From the NCBI RefSeq assembly GCF_003918875.1, contig NW_025767401.1, forward strand, positions 1,984,001-2,048,000: a stretch of DNA of 64,000 nucleotides, in the 5' to 3' direction. Positions 26,136 through 40,657 of the stretch are shown here, in pieces; within the stretch, counting starts at the first letter, position 1; every line of letters begins with the position of its first letter. The stretch is from Haliotis rubra. Taxonomy: Eukaryota. A program made the translations under genes and the position numbers. A model generated the notes under the pieces. It was not told the DNA's origin. It did no database searches and worked only from the letters and a program-made list of their open reading frames with translations.

Positions 26136-29052
26136 CTGGCAAGACACAGACATCATTTACACAGGGCATCAACACTTGATTTAAGAAACTAAGGACTTTG
26201 AGATACATGTAGTAACTTTTATCAAAGTTAAGCAGACAGACAGACAAATTTTTCCACAAATATGATGGACAACATTAGAACATTTGCAGCACAAGCCCAC
26301 CATCAGAGAGTAAATGTTGTTTCAATATTGAACGAATAATATTGTAGCTACAACATGGACAGAGAAACCCTGTCAGTCTGATCGAGTAAATTTTGGAGAT
26401 CCCACCTTTAAAACGATTACCCCAGGGAATTTGTTTACAAAGTACGTTACTATGCAGCTACAGTAGCCAGGAATGAACAATCTGTCAGTTCATTAATCTG
26501 GACAATTTGGGTGGGACATTGCTACTGTCAGGATTGAGAGGGTTCCACTGTATTTCACAGTGGTTGGGAAACAATCAAGTCTCCGCAGGGCTAATGAAAA
26601 GCAACAGTCCAAGACAAGGCTGCTATTGCTCTAAGTGAAATAGACCATCCCTTTACCATTAGGCAGATGGCAACACTGTGAAAACTAACTAGAAGACTAG
26701 ACAAAATAGAGATTAATTTTTAAGATCTATCAGCAAATGCAAACATGATTGCTTACTCAGAAATGTTAACAATATAATTTTATATTAAATTATTTTCTTT
26801 AATATTTCATACCTTTCATGATATATAATAATTGTCAAACCATACAAAAACCAAAAACATAAAAACACAACTTAACAGCTACTCTGTAACTCTTCAGCAT
26901 TCACCATATACATATTATCATGTCCTTTTCAAGCCCTAATGGCTGACAACTCTTCATCCTTACATAAAACCTGCTCCTGCTGTGACCCACATCGTGATCC
27001 CACCCATCATCTGTGCATTCATCATCCAGTAATGATGGTGGGCCATGTTTTATATACTTCATCCCCGTGGCCCACAAACCAGATAAAGCCCAGCCCTTAT
27101 CTCTCACAACAACCAAACTCCCTGTTCAAAGCACAGATCTTGTACCAGGCTATTTATACACAGTAAAGGTGCTGATTGTACTACTGGAAAAGAGATTTAT
27201 AAACATTCACTTGTTCGCCAGTTTCAGTTGGACGCCTTTTGACATTTCTCTTTATGCCAGGTCAGACTAGCCTCCCTGGTGTTGTTGGCTCTCAAAGATC
27301 ACATGTTGAATTGTGATACTGACAAGCAATTTACCAGTAAGCCAGGGAGAATACCAGTGCTATTTAAAGCAATGTACGACTGACATACTGCAATGCACAT
27401 CACATACATACTGGCGCTGTGGTCTGCATGAACAGATCGCATGTTTTTTGGCATGTAACCGTTCCATGAGAGCAGCTATCATGAATGACTAAACATGGGT
27501 CATTATCATATTAAAAGGCTTACTCATCTAATTTTACCAAATACATGTGTGACAATAATTGGGTGGAACCTAATACATGTGGGAAACGTTGGAACTTCAA
27601 ACAAATACTAGTATAAATCATAGCATTAAATAAAGGTCATTTCATCTTCTGGAACATTGAAAACAAGTTCTACTTTGTTCTGAAGAATTACCCTTTGATC
27701 ACAATGGCTAAGTAAAATGGTTTAATTACAAGCACCAAGACAGATTTAAGACAGGTTCAAATTTTGAGCTTAACGGATATATTTTTACTAAACCATACAC
27801 ATATAACTATATTTCTGGGACTAAATGTTAGTCGTAGTGTTCTCTTCTAAATGTAATAATGACAAGTACAGTTTTCATGTTGAGAAAAAGCCGAAATTGA
27901 TGCAGGTCATAGATATTTACATCACTGCAGTGAGTGAGTGAGTTTAGTTTTACACTGCACTCAGCAATATGGCAGTGGTCTGTAAATAGAAGAGTCTGGA
28001 CGAGACCATCCAGTGATCAACAGCATGAGCATTGATCTATGCAATATCTAGCCCAGCAACAATCATTATCTGCAGGAATATTTGTTTATATACTACATCA
28101 TGTATAGGACCAGGCAACATTACTGCTTGTATGGTTGATCCCTGGATTTTCTGGTCCAGACTCGATTATTTACAGACCGCCGCCATATAGCTGGAATATT
28201 GCTGAGTGTGGCATAAAACTAAACTCACTCACTGCTTGTATGCTTCTTTGTAATAAATATCATATACTGAGTATATATAATACATACACTATGCTCACCA
28301 AAACCTTGTATAATACTATGTTTATACTAGGCATATAATCTCTGGAAAACATACAGGACTAATAATATCCATATATCCAATCTAAACAAGAAGGGCATCT
28401 AGAGCAACCAGCTACCAAGTGCCAAGCTTCAACACAAATGCCACCTAGCCCCTTTCCCTCCCAGATGTCAAACACAAGGTGACTTTGATGAACATATAGC
28501 TCTTGTATCATTTGCCGGAGAAGTCAGTGATAGATTCCAACAGCTAAAACAGCTGGTGGAGTACACCTCTATTCTCTGGTCTTCTGTGTATGATCCTACA
28601 CACCAGCGAGACCAGCGTTCTGTAGTCTGCTGGCACACATATTCTTGAATTACACCAGACAGCTTCACCCTCAATGCTGGGACTACTTTTTCTCTTCACA
28701 GCCATGCTGAGAAAACATTAAAGCCTCTAAAAAACCTGCAGTATTAATACTAATATCAGGCTGCTAAATTAATTTTTTATTATAAAAATTAGGTCTTCAG
28801 GCTCAGATATGCATGTCAGCAGCTGGGGGAAAGAAACTAATTTATAAGGATTAGACTAATATGATCTTACCTCACATGTCCTTTGCTATATTGAAGTCAG
28901 CTGTTTAAAGTTTGTGTTGCCGGTGGTGGCCAACACATTTAACTTTATTGCTTTAATTAATCACATTAATCTGATGGACTGTGTGAGTGACAACATCCAG
29001 GGAAGTCAGTGTTTTGAGGCACAAGTATCAAGCATTGTTTCCAACTGTATAA

Positions 29053-29265
29053 ACCCGTGAAGATCCCCATGCTTGTCGTAAGAGGCGACTAGCAGCATTG
29101 GGGGGTCAGGCTCGCTGACTTGGTTGACACATGTCATCGTATCCCAATTGTGTAGATCGATGCTCATGATGTTGATCACTGGATTGTCTTGTCCTGACTC
29201 GATTATTTACAGACCGATGCCATTATAGCTGTAAAACTGCTGAGTACGGCATTAAACCAACCAAC
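29053..29265 (+). mobile_element. SINE-like repeat, family H
   Basis: ACCCGTGAAGATCC...GCTTGTCGTAAGAGGCGACTA...GACTCGATTATTTACAGACCG. Confidence 0.85.
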
Positions 29266-29580
29266 CCATCTATATAACCAGTAATTATGAATATGATCCA
29301 TATCACAAATTGGATTATGAATACAAATATTGTGTAACAAATACAATAACATATCAGCGGTTGATATGCTATTTATTATACTCAGTGAACCAAAAACAAA
29401 ATAGACTATTTGACACATGTTGACCATGTGGACAGTGTTAATTTATCAGGACAATGACCAGTAGCCACATTATGGTCAAATCAAATATATATGATTGTTG
29501 ACTGTTATACTGCCTGGCTTGGATATATTCCATCTTGCATACCTCACTTTGATAATTAATGCCCACACTCAAGTAAAAAC

Positions 29581-29752
29581 GGGGCGGTCCAGGGGTAGCC
29601 TTGTGGTTAAAGCGTTGGCTCGTCACGCCGAAGACCCGGGTTCGAATCCCCACATGGGTACAATGTGTGAAGCCCATTTCTGGTGTCCCCCGCCGTGATG
29701 TTGCTGGAATATTGCTAAAAAGCGCTGCGTAAAAACAAACTCAGTCAGTCAG
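29581..29752 (+). mobile_element. Short tRNA-derived SINE, family T
   Basis: A box GGTAGCCTTGTGG, B box GGTTCGAATCCC, body CACATGGGTACAATGTGTGAAGCCCATTTCTGGTGTCCCC, flanking repeat ACTCAAGTAAAAAC. Confidence 0.9.
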
Positions 29753-31849
29753 ACTCAAGTAAAAACACAAAAAAGTAGAATGAATATTTGATTGTGGTGA
29801 TCGTGAATAACAAACTGAATTCATTAATGTGAGTGAAATGTAACAGCCTTAGTGATGACTGCATTTGGAAAATCAAAACTAAATACAAAGAAACCTTCAG
29901 TGATCATGCTTATACCTAGACATCTCTCTAAAGTAGATTACCCTCACAAGCCAACACCTGCACACATCAGGACTAGATTATCTCAAATGTGAGCATCAAG
30001 TCACTAGTTCTGTGTATACAAAACTGTTTGTTTTACAACAAATGTGAAAATACCAATGACATAAAAAGCCAGCAGCTCAATCATTATGTTTGCCTAATGC
30101 CTCATAGATTACCTGCAATGCCATGAACTATCATATCATCTTCAGTCAATCAACAAGGTAGTGCTATAACTTAAAAAGTCAAAAGGTAACACTAGTATGG
30201 TGTGCTTCCAAAAAAACATACAATACATGATACAAAGCAGTGGAACAGGCATGAATTTTATGTGAAGTAATAAACCATATTTCTCAGTGATCACATAAAG
30301 GTGAGTATTACTACTTTTCCAGCACATTAACACTGGGTAATACAGGGTAACTTGTCCCTCTACCAACAAGTACAAGAACTCAAGAAGTGATATAGTATCA
30401 GAGCTTCATTATGGTAGACACATCATTCATATTGCCTCAGGAAGTCAATGAGACAATGGAAGAAGACAGCAGTGTCGATGAATGATACTTGTATGGGAAC
30501 AGATTGCTTATAATAACCTAGGACACTACAACCTGATCCTCACTCTGCTGGGCATGCTTCCAAATTCCTCTCAGTAACCTAAACTATTGTGAAAACATGG
30601 CTGTCATAAAACATACTGTTTATCTGAAACTGTACTAATCAGCAGACATGGTAGAGGGAAATCTCAACATTCCTGTCCAACATGTTGAAGCTGAGAACCT
30701 ACTGTAGTTAACCAGATTTGTTCCCCGCTTCTTCCACACCTTGTGTGTACCCAATGTAAATATTCAGCAAATATCTAATACATATAAATTGTGCAAAGCA
30801 AGATACTGGTTCCCATTAACCAACACTTCAAGCTTTAAGAGTTGACTTGGATGGATGGGTTCAGTGATAGCAGTGTACATTGCTCATTACATTGACCACT
30901 GGTTTTTCTGGTCAAGACTTGATATCTACACCCCCTTGATACAGCTGGAATACTGCTGACCATAAGATTAAATAACATTTATTCACTTCTTCTATTTATT
31001 TCTTGTTTGTCTTAAAAATACGTACCATGTGCTTACTGAAGTCCTATATATAGTTTTAAAACAATATAATCCTGTACTAAAGTTACCAAAGTCATTTCGT
31101 TATCATGGTAATAGATGAACAAAAGTTACAACTTCAGTACCGTGTGGCAAAAATCACAAAATATATTTGTTCAAGTGTCCTGCAACACGTGAAGCTGTTA
31201 CCCATGCATGACACCTGAGATTGCATTAGAAACCAAGTTCAGTGTGATTGTTCCTATATAAAAACAAAGACACTTCATCCCATAACACCTTTACCTTCAA
31301 TACAAATAAATTCTAAAATCTTATTTCCCTTATCATTTTTGAGAAAGGAATGACCTAAAAATATTTTGTATGCATCCTATTTTAACAAATCCTGTTTGCA
31401 CCAGCAACACTTGTCATGTTAAGTCAAAAGAATATCTAGTTTCTTTTGACAATGTAACACAGATAATTTTGGTATTCTTCCAAAACCTCAACACAGTGGG
31501 TGGCATAAAACAACAACTATTTTGTGAAAAGGCAGATACATTTTCTAAACAAATCCCTCCATGTTTATCTTGCTGAAGTCACCCTCTCTCAACAAACCAT
31601 GGAAAAGCATGAAGAATCCCCATGTGACTTGGTGTCTACAATGGAAATGACTGCAAGGCATTACTGTTTGATAGCAGTGGGATGAGAGAACCTGACAGCA
31701 ATGGTTCTGGCTGATATCCATGCCATGGTTTTGTCAAGAACCTGGCCATGGTTCCCTGTCTTCAGGCAGTAAATCATGGCCAGATTTTTCTTGGTTTACA
31801 GATATATATGTATATACACATGGACCTTTTGGGTACCATACACTTAACA

Positions 31850-32652
31850 AATACACTGAAATGTGGGTCCTCCTTCCTTGATAACAGCTCAAAGATGGCA
31901 AATTATTGGCATGCGGAATGCTTGCATGTCATTGAGGGCAATTGTAAGAGATATTGGTTGTCATCCATTGAATCTCATCTTGAATGGTATGAAAACACCT
32001 GCAGACTAATAAGGAATGTCAGTGTCAACCAATAGTGACAACTCCTTCAGAAAATACAGCTCTTCTCAGAATCAGAAGACTTTATAAAACAGAACTCTCC
32101 GAAATCACCTAAAATTGGCTAAGTATAGGGCCAGAAGACCTATCAACGTCTGTTGTTATCCCCAGAAGACAAAGCAGCATGACTAGTTTGGTGTCATTCT
32201 TGATGTCACTGGAATATGATGTCATGGGAAAGGATCCACTGGTAGCATGAAAGTCGACGTTTTTCTTTCATGACCGATGGCTGAGCTTGTGTTTGGTGCC
32301 ACAAAAGCATCATATATCTTGGGACAAGTACCATTTGGCAGGAGTTTATCGATGGTTTGAGGGTGCCTCTTACATGACTGTAAAATTGACTTGTGACATT
32401 CAGACAGATTGAACACAATGTGAGTCAGGCGGTAGCAGCTATACATTGGTCTGCCTGGAGTCCACACCTCAATCAGCATGTTTGGACATTATGGGTTGCA
32501 AAATACACCAAAGAGATCCTCCAGTACAAATATTGGATGCATTGGAACAAGCCCTCCATAAAAAATGGAACGCAATTCAACCCCTGTTACAGTCAATGAG
32601 GATGAGTTTCAGGGATGTTATTGCAGTTGGCAGACATTACACCAGATATTGA
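31850..32652 (+). pseudogene. Decayed Tc1/mariner transposase
   Basis: Frameshifted WSAWSPHLNQHVW (WPARSPDLNPIEHVW-like) and the C-terminal ALEQALHKKWNAI...SMRMSFRDVIAVGRHYTRY* typical of Tc1 transposases. Left boundary approximate. Confidence 0.75.
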
Positions 32653-34474
32653 CATTGTGATCGGTTATTGATACTTTTGTGATTTCTTGATGATTGTATG
32701 CCAGAATCTTGAAAAGGACCACACCGGTTAACATCAAATGTCCATAGTTATCAGCACTACAAAATTAATATTTGGCCATGTTTGTTTCTATGAATAAACT
32801 ATGTGAATACATATAATAATAATAGTCAATTTATATTGTGCATTTATCCATGCACATTGCATGCTCAAAGTGCTGACATACTACCCCTGGTCAATGCATA
32901 CAAGACACTCCATATAAGATTACTTTTTGTTATTCAAAATCTTATTTACGATACTGCCATTTGACTTGGTGGACGTGCAGTTATCAAATTCACATTTGAG
33001 TTGGTCAGCATTAGTTTAGATTCAGATGAAGATTATTTTGCATTCCCCTAAACATTTGTTTTAGTTACTGCATTTGTAACCAAATTTAGCTAAATTGTAT
33101 TGCTTCAGTAGATTAGTTAAAGAGGCAGCAAGTGCCAAAACCTAGGAGGACCACAGCTTTTCTCCAAAATTCTAAACTGTGTGAGTGAGGATTGTTTCAT
33201 GCAGTTAGGCTACAGCAGCCAGTGACCAACATTAATTTCTATTCAGAAATAAACAGTGGCTGATAGCAAGAGCAGCTATCAAAGATCACAAGGAACCGCT
33301 ACAACAAATCAGCCAAGGGAACATTGTAACCAATCGATTTTGGTTGATTTTTGTCATATGCATATGTAAACAATAGTAAAGAGGCTATGGCAATTTCAAT
33401 AGTTCACTTGAATATCAAACGGTCAGTTATAACTTCATATTTTGAGATAAAAAAGCAGGATCGCTGATCAGAAAGCCAAAGGAAGTTCAGTGTTAATACA
33501 TGATGGCTTCATTCGTTGCTGCAGATTCCATGTCTGCCTGTCTACATCTTCACACTGATACTGCCCCAGACATCATGCAGATGCACCGAAACACCAAAAT
33601 ACCAAGTATTACGACTCCCTTGACTGGGACATGTGTTGGAATCAGCAGGTTTATAGCGTGGAGTTCCCCATCTGCATCCAGTAGAGGCCAAGCTTCTGTA
33701 CAAGGCTGACGCAAGCCAGCCTCTTAGAGAACACCAGTTTCATTTGCCTTTTCTTCACAACGAATAAGTGAGAACTGCCATAACAGTGCAAAATATTTGT
33801 GTACATGATTTACAGCTACTGGCTGTTATTTTTCGCAGTTATTCCCAGAAATTAAACAATAATAATTCCACTTTCACAACATATCTTTAAATATAATTAA
33901 GCAGTGGCAGCTGTCAATACATATTTTTTCTTATTACTGGTAATCCCTTTTCAGACACTTAACCAAGATTTCAAACATATGTCTCCAAACTAAACAAATT
34001 CTTAGTATTTATATCAAATGGAATGTATTCTCCGTACTTATATTACAAAGAAAACCGAATATTAAAAAAAAAAAATGTCCATGTAAGCATGGTGAGATTT
34101 GGAAATACTGAGCCTGTTTTTTTAGAAGCAATTTGCACAGTAATGGAATCTGACTTCAAGCATGACCTGGTGCAGATATCGTTATCTTCTGTCAGCAGAG
34201 TAAATGACTTGATTTCCTCCCTACCCATCGCCCCTGGTAATTTACACACAGGAGTATGATGTTACAGCTCACAGGCACACCTTACCATATCTGTCTGCAT
34301 CTCTAATAACACCAGCAGTTCATCTAACTACTGGGAATCCTCATTTCGGATTTTTAAAGTTTGTGTTGAGGAATACTTCTGACTTGTTTCAGGGCACATA
34401 GTTCAAGGTTGTATTCTAAAAAGCGAGCGAGTGAGTAAATGAATCATGACACAGTTATCAAGTGTTCACAATAT

Positions 34475-34722
34475 GTGAGTGAGTGAGTTTAGTTTTATGC
34501 TGCACTCAGCAATATTCCAGCTATATGGCAGCAGTCTGTAAATAATTGAGTCTGGACCAGACAATCCTATGATCAACAGCATGAGCATTGATCTGCGCAA
34601 TTGGGAACCGATGACATGTGTCAATCAAGTCAGCGAGCCTGACCACCCGATCCCGTTAGTTGCCTCTTACGACAAGCATGGGTTACTGAAGATCAATATT
34701 CTAACCCGGACCTTCACGGGTC
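34475..34722 (-). mobile_element. SINE-like repeat, family H (intact copy)
   Basis: (GAGT)n tail, full body, TSD CACAATATGTG. Confidence 0.9.
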
Positions 34723-35262
34723 GTCCACAATATGTGTTAAGACATATACTGTAATACATACAGCCAGTCCACAATCTGTCAATGTCATGAACCCCTTAAA
34801 TATTTAACTCGACCCATAAATGACTGATATTATGAGCAATGTCCCACAACTTTGGGGTACATTAGCACAGAATCATCAGTGCATGACCACACAATCCTTT
34901 ACAATTTACGCTTTAAGATTAATGGTTACCTATTCTAACCAACAATAAAAACAAGTAAGCTGTCACTGATACAGATGCCTGTTAATGATTGCTGTAAACA
35001 ATTTTCTTGCATTTACTTTACACACGTTTTTTCCTGACTTACAGAATATGATGTACCTCATATAACAATGTACCATGTACTTCGTATAGTGCAATTAACA
35101 ATCACAGAAACATGGTCAATTCCTGTTGTAGTAATTTAGAATACAAGCCGAAGTTCAGATTCTAAATGAGTCCAACAAATATTGACACTTTTAACGCATG
35201 ACTGTCATCATGCTTCAATCTCCAGGGATAGTTCAGCCACTAGTCAGCCTCAAGACTTACAT

Positions 35263-35685
35263 CAGTGTATGAAATATGGCCTGTCCGACCACCCAAGACG
35301 GGAAACATGTTCCATACATTGAGTAAATTCACCATATCTTCAAATTTATTTATCAAATTGAGCATTACATTTACACTTGACATTAGTTGACAATTACTGT
35401 TTGAACATTGAACTATTGTATTGCAAGCTCAAACTAGCATTGAAAATATTATCACCAAAACAGTGACACCTATCGATGCGTGGAGATCTGTAAACTCGGA
35501 GTCGAATTTCTTTGAAAATGACTGTTGTGAATAGACTGTTTGTCAGTAGATATACTTTTCAGGCTCATTAAATTATTCATTGTAACTAAAAATTGAGTTA
35601 TTTTCTTTGGATTGTCTGGTCGGGTTAAATTTTGAAGTCACCAGCCTTTGTGTCTGGCTGAGTTTTTGGCTTATTTCATACACTG
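35263..35685. mobile_element. MITE with CAGTGTATGAAATA termini
   Basis: 14-bp TIR and flanking direct repeat CTTACAT on both sides. The right end also occurs at ~18120-18210. Confidence 0.8.
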
Positions 35686-36794
35686 CTTACATGCTTTTTG
35701 TAAGTCTTTAGAGACTTTATTCAAAGAAGAACCTGGTTATGTTACATAAACCACTAGTTAACTCCTGCTGTCTATCCATGGTTTCCTAAGTCACACCTGA
35801 AAACATTACATCACATACATATGTTACAAGAAGTACATTCCACCCATGCCACAGCAATATGTTCCACATATCAACCTGGTTATCAGTGATGTTCTTGGTT
35901 CTGTGCCATCAATAAGGATGAGACACTGTGTCATGGCACACTTAGCTACAGGCAATACGCCACTGCTACTATCACAGTCCAAACTGGAGTAGATCCGTAC
36001 CCGGATCTTCGTGCATGAATCATACATTTCATGTCATACTTGCCAAAATAAATAGGGATAAACAAATGCTCCAACACTACTTTCTGCCAATTCTGAGCTA
36101 TACTTTTGGCTAAACTATTGGTACTGAACTATTGGCTAATGTCACAGACTGTATCAGTGTCACCAGGCTTCATTGGGAACCAGAGACTTTAGAAGGTGCA
36201 GGCCTTCATTAATGAAAACTGCAGTTCATCATGACAAAAAATATTAACACGTAAATTTACTGCAGGCCATAAAAAACAATATATATATGAAGCTATGTCC
36301 CTGACATGAGATGTACCTGGTAAGGGCCTCCAGGTGCTCATTTCAAAGACAGGACAGAAAACATATCATGGAGTATACACTTGTAAATTTAGTATTTAGA
36401 ATATTTAATTCTAACCTTCAATTTCATTGCATTAATTCCTTCTTCTCCAACAGACAGATCTACATGTTCTACTCTGGTAAGAAATACAGTCAAAATTCAA
36501 AGTGTCATTGTTGACAATAACCTGAAATCACCATCCATGATAAGCTAAAGGCCATATGCAACCACATTACACCAGTGAAAATCTTTGACAAGTGACTCAT
36601 GCCATACATGTACAATCCTTGACCCACCCAAAAATAATAGGAGGCAATTGTGGAGAGACCAGGGTGGACTGGATTATAAACAGATCCAGGTAAACCCCTG
36701 TTACATCACTAGATACACATTGTCATTGGCAACCTATTCATTTACTGGTTTCATATATTAATATCTACTGAAACATGTTTTCTTTCAAAATCTG

Positions 36795-36961
36795 ACTGAC
36801 TGACTGAGTTTGGTTTTACGCCGCTTTTAGCAATATTCCAGCAACATCACGACGGGGGACACCAGAAATGGGCTTCACAAATTGTACCCATGTGGGGATT
36901 CAAACCCGGGTATTCGGCGTGACGAGTCAACGCTTTAACCATTAGGCTACCCCACCGCCCC
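36795..36961 (-). mobile_element. Short tRNA-derived SINE, family T
   Basis: Reverse complement of the 29581 family; TSD CTTTCAAAATCTGA. Confidence 0.9.
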
Positions 36962-37684
36962 TTTCAAAATCTGAAAAAGCTTCTTGTCCAACTGCATGAA
37001 CACCTGGACTGTGTTCCCAAAGAAAAACATGAGTGGGTTTGTGAAGTTTCTTATTTATGTCATGGTGAGAAATCTTACACATGGATCACAGTAGTCTATA
37101 AATAATCATGTGTATGTCACTTAAAATAGTGGTTGATAGAATGAGCAGTAATCCCAACTGCTGAGGCACAATGACCCACAATGAACTGAGGGAAAGAAAC
37201 CTTTCAAATTTCCCACTAGACCACAGGACCAGTGAGTGGACAATAATTAGTGGTCCTGTCTGTACTGAATCACTGGTCCAAAATAACATTCGTAGATTTA
37301 CTTAACTATCAATACAAAATTCACTAGCCACTAGGGAGTAGGACCACTGCAAACTTATCATTTAGTGGTCCTGATGAATGTTTACTAGCCAGGGACCACA
37401 GGCTATCGATACAGGAACTATAGGAACTATAGTAGTATAGGGGCATATCCTATGTATCGATAGCCTGTGCCAGGGGCCACAGGACCAGCATAAATTTCGT
37501 ACACTGTTAGCCCGATTGCACTTTGTGTGTGATGAAAGTAGTGACAATCAAGATGTCCAACACAACAACAATCAATGGTCGTTAACTGTGATACTGTCCA
37601 TCTGTTGTCTTGATCTGAACCATCGTCCTAATCTGGTATCAATAGCCTGCTTAAAAATATTACAGCATATAATACAATGGTAAG

Positions 37685-37943
37685 TTGATTGATAGATTGT
37701 TGTTTAACGCCACACTCAGCAATATTCCAGCTATATGGCTGAGGTCTGTAAATAATCGAGTCTGGACCAGATAATCCAGTGATCAACAGCATGAGCATCG
37801 ATCTACGCAACTGGGATACAATGACATGAGTCAACCAAGTCAGTGAGTCTGACCACCTGATCCCGCTAGTTGCCTCTTAGTCTTAGTAGTTACGACAAGC
37901 ACGGGCTGTTGAAGATCAATTCTAACCCAGATCTTCACAGGTC
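37685..37943 (-). mobile_element. SINE-like repeat, family H
   Basis: Same body as 34475-34722. Confidence 0.88.
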
Positions 37944-38813
37944 TAACAGTTAGATAGTACACAGATATGGAGTTGTCACTGATTGTCATTGTTGTAATAT
38001 ATTAACAATAGAATTCTGGTTTCTCTTATTCCTTTCATGGTTTTTCACAGCTGACGAGATACAGAAAGTGTATGCTTAGATTGCTTAAAACCTCACTTAC
38101 TGTAAGTCATAAAAAATGCAATACCAGTTTTTAATTACAGAATTGACTCATCTCTCAAATCTGTACTGATATGATAAATTCTGCCCATTACTAAGAATAT
38201 AATGAATTTGTCATATACAGTGTCTAAAATAGCTGCCTGGTATCCCATGACTGGTAACATTTCTGTTGCAGAGGTAAACTTATTCCTACCTGCTGAGCCC
38301 TCTGGTAGAACATTTGAACATCACTTCTTATAGTATTTATTTTGACAGTGAGTGAAGATTTACAGTATAAAAATAATATTTGCTAAACTGGTGAAAGTTA
38401 TTATGGGGATAGGATACTCTTGCATATATATACAAATGCAGGCCTACAACTTTCTGGAAGACGGGCTAATTATATTTACAAGTCACCAGAGCACCTGGCT
38501 TGCCGCAAGTAAGGATTATTTCAGACATGAATCACATGTTGCAATATGTGCTGCTGTAATACAAGGGATGCCATGTGCAAAGACGACTTGCATTATGCTG
38601 GTAACAGTGTCTCAGTCTGTGAGACAGACTAGGCTGTTCTTGGGCCAATAGAGCTCAGTGCTATGAGTATGACTGCTGTAAGTGGACGATACACAACGTG
38701 ATCTTAGCACTTTGAGTGCTGTACGTGTGTGCCTTTAAAGTTTGGGATGTAGCACTATAACAGCTTTGTGGAACCTGACATTCAGAGCTTCATTTGCAGC
38801 AGCTTGTGGTTCA

Positions 38814-38980
38814 CATTGGCGGATCCAGAGGGGGGGTTCAGGGGGTTTGAACCCCCCCCTTTTGAAAATGACTTAAGACCGCATTAAAGATTTTTTTTGC
38901 GTTGGCGGAGCCAATGGGGGGGTTCAGGGGGTTCGAAACTCCTAAACCCCCGCCTTTCAAAATTCCTGGATCCGCCCATG
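38814..38980. mobile_element. GC-rich MITE
   Basis: TIR CATTGGCGGATCCAG / CTGGATCCGCCCATG with internal GGGGGTTCAGGGGGTT...AACCCCC repeats. Confidence 0.8.
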
Positions 38981-39837
38981 GTTGATATATTTGAAACTAC
39001 AAGCCCAAACACAGCATTTAATTTTTGGACATATTTTCATGAATATATTTTAGTAACAATATCAAACGATTATTACCTGAGCATACAACACCGAACAGAT
39101 CGTTACTTTCGGCTAAATTCACAGACAAGATAACAGACAAAGTAGTGTTTGGTATTGGTTATAATGCTACTTGTTTCAGTCATTTCAGATCAGCATGATT
39201 ATAATGGATGCCTATCTTTAATGTCTTTTAATTCTAACTGGACAACAAAGGTTCAATGATATTCATCATAAAATACATTGGATAACTGGAGAAGGTTAAG
39301 AGAATGATAGTAAGCACCTGATTCTTCAAGATACATCAAGATTGTATGATGTACACATACTTTGGGAAATAAAAATACATAAAAAAATAATAATCTAGCT
39401 TATGGAGAGTGTTCAAGGTTTTGTGAAACAAAATACCCCAAATTTACTAATTACCATGATTATATTCTGTATGCATAACTGTTTTTTATAAAACAAAAAA
39501 ATAAAGAATATAATGATAATAAATATATAGTCCAAAAACGTTTTTCACAAGTTGTTACGTGGTTCAATTTCTTCATTATTTATTCTTTCGTGATACCATT
39601 CCTCATCATGGTTCATGTAGAGAGTATTATTTGCATGTAAACAACGAAACAAAATTATGTGTCTGGTACAATTTAATACACACGAGTTGGGAAACATACG
39701 ATCACTTGTCATGACACGATATTTTACATCTCTGAAACGAGCTCGCACTGTGACTGTCAAACCAAAACAAGATATATAAACACGTCTAGTCGAGGATTTC
39801 AATGTCCGATTCTCACTCGAGATATAAACATACAAAC

Positions 39838-39978
39838 CTTTGTGAGCTGAGCGATCTTCTTTGACATTTTAAGGTGCATGTCTTGTGTAACTTCCATGTC
39901 TTTCTGGGGATTTTGTGGCAACGTTCCATATTTTCCATTTTGGTAGTAGTTGAAAGACATTTTGGCACTGGTCGCCAT
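39838..39978 (-). CDS. FAM184A: FAM184A/B-like, coding exon 1 (start codon; not in ORF track in this frame)
   Basis: AAGATGGCG start; encodes MATSAKMSFNYYQNGKYGTLPQNPQKDMEVTQDMHLKMSKKIAQLTK, then GT donor at phase 0. HLKMSKKIAQLTK is the FAM184 signature. Confidence 0.95.
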
Positions 39979-40135
39979 CTTGGTCCTTGCACCTCCCTTT
40001 CAATGTTAATCCGCGAAATTCTAAAGTTCTAAACAGCCAGTCTTCACGATGGAACAATTAACACCTAAATAGTATGACTAACACCCAAATCCTTCGGACA
40101 ACACATCATTATTCATTTGGATGAAGATGTGAAGC

Positions 40136-40226
40136 TTGTTTGTTGTTTGTTTGTAGTTATCCAACACGGTGTTACTCAAGCGCGTAACACTCCGCGAGAG
40201 TTAGTTTACTGGTTGCCATGTGCACA
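40136..40226 (-). promoter_or_regulatory. Putative FAM184 promoter with RFX X-box half-site and forkhead-like TGTTTGT motifs
   Basis: GTTGCCATG at 40212-40220 and TTGTTTGTTGTTTGTTTG at ~40136-40153, in a CpG-richer region ~160-240 bp upstream of the ATG. Confidence 0.35.
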
Positions 40227-40480
40227 CCGATAGAGGGCACTCTCCTCTGTTATCGCATAGCAGACGACGCGTTCTGATTTGCGGTCGATAGTGGCAAATG
40301 CAAGTTATATATTTCAGCTAACAGCCATGATACCGTGTCAGGTACAGTGATAAAACCATAACAATGATAACAAATTGCATGATTTATTGTTGTTATGACA
40401 GCAGAAACCACCCACAAACGTTTTGGACAACAAAGCATAAATATACACTACAGCGTCTTGATGCCCCCACAGACAGCATC

Positions 40481-40657
40481 CGGGGCGGTGGGGTAGCCTG
40501 GTGGTTAAAGCGTTCGCTCGTCACCCCGAAGACCCGGGATTCGAATCCCCACATGGGCACAATGTGTGAAGCCCATTTCTGGTGTCCCCCCGCCGTGATA
40601 TTGCTGGAATATTGCTAAAAGCGGCGTAAAACCATACTCACTCACTCACTCACTCAC
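40481..40657 (+). mobile_element. Short tRNA-derived SINE, family T (intact)
   Basis: A/B boxes, (ACTC)n tail, TSD CACAGACAGCATCC. Confidence 0.92.
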
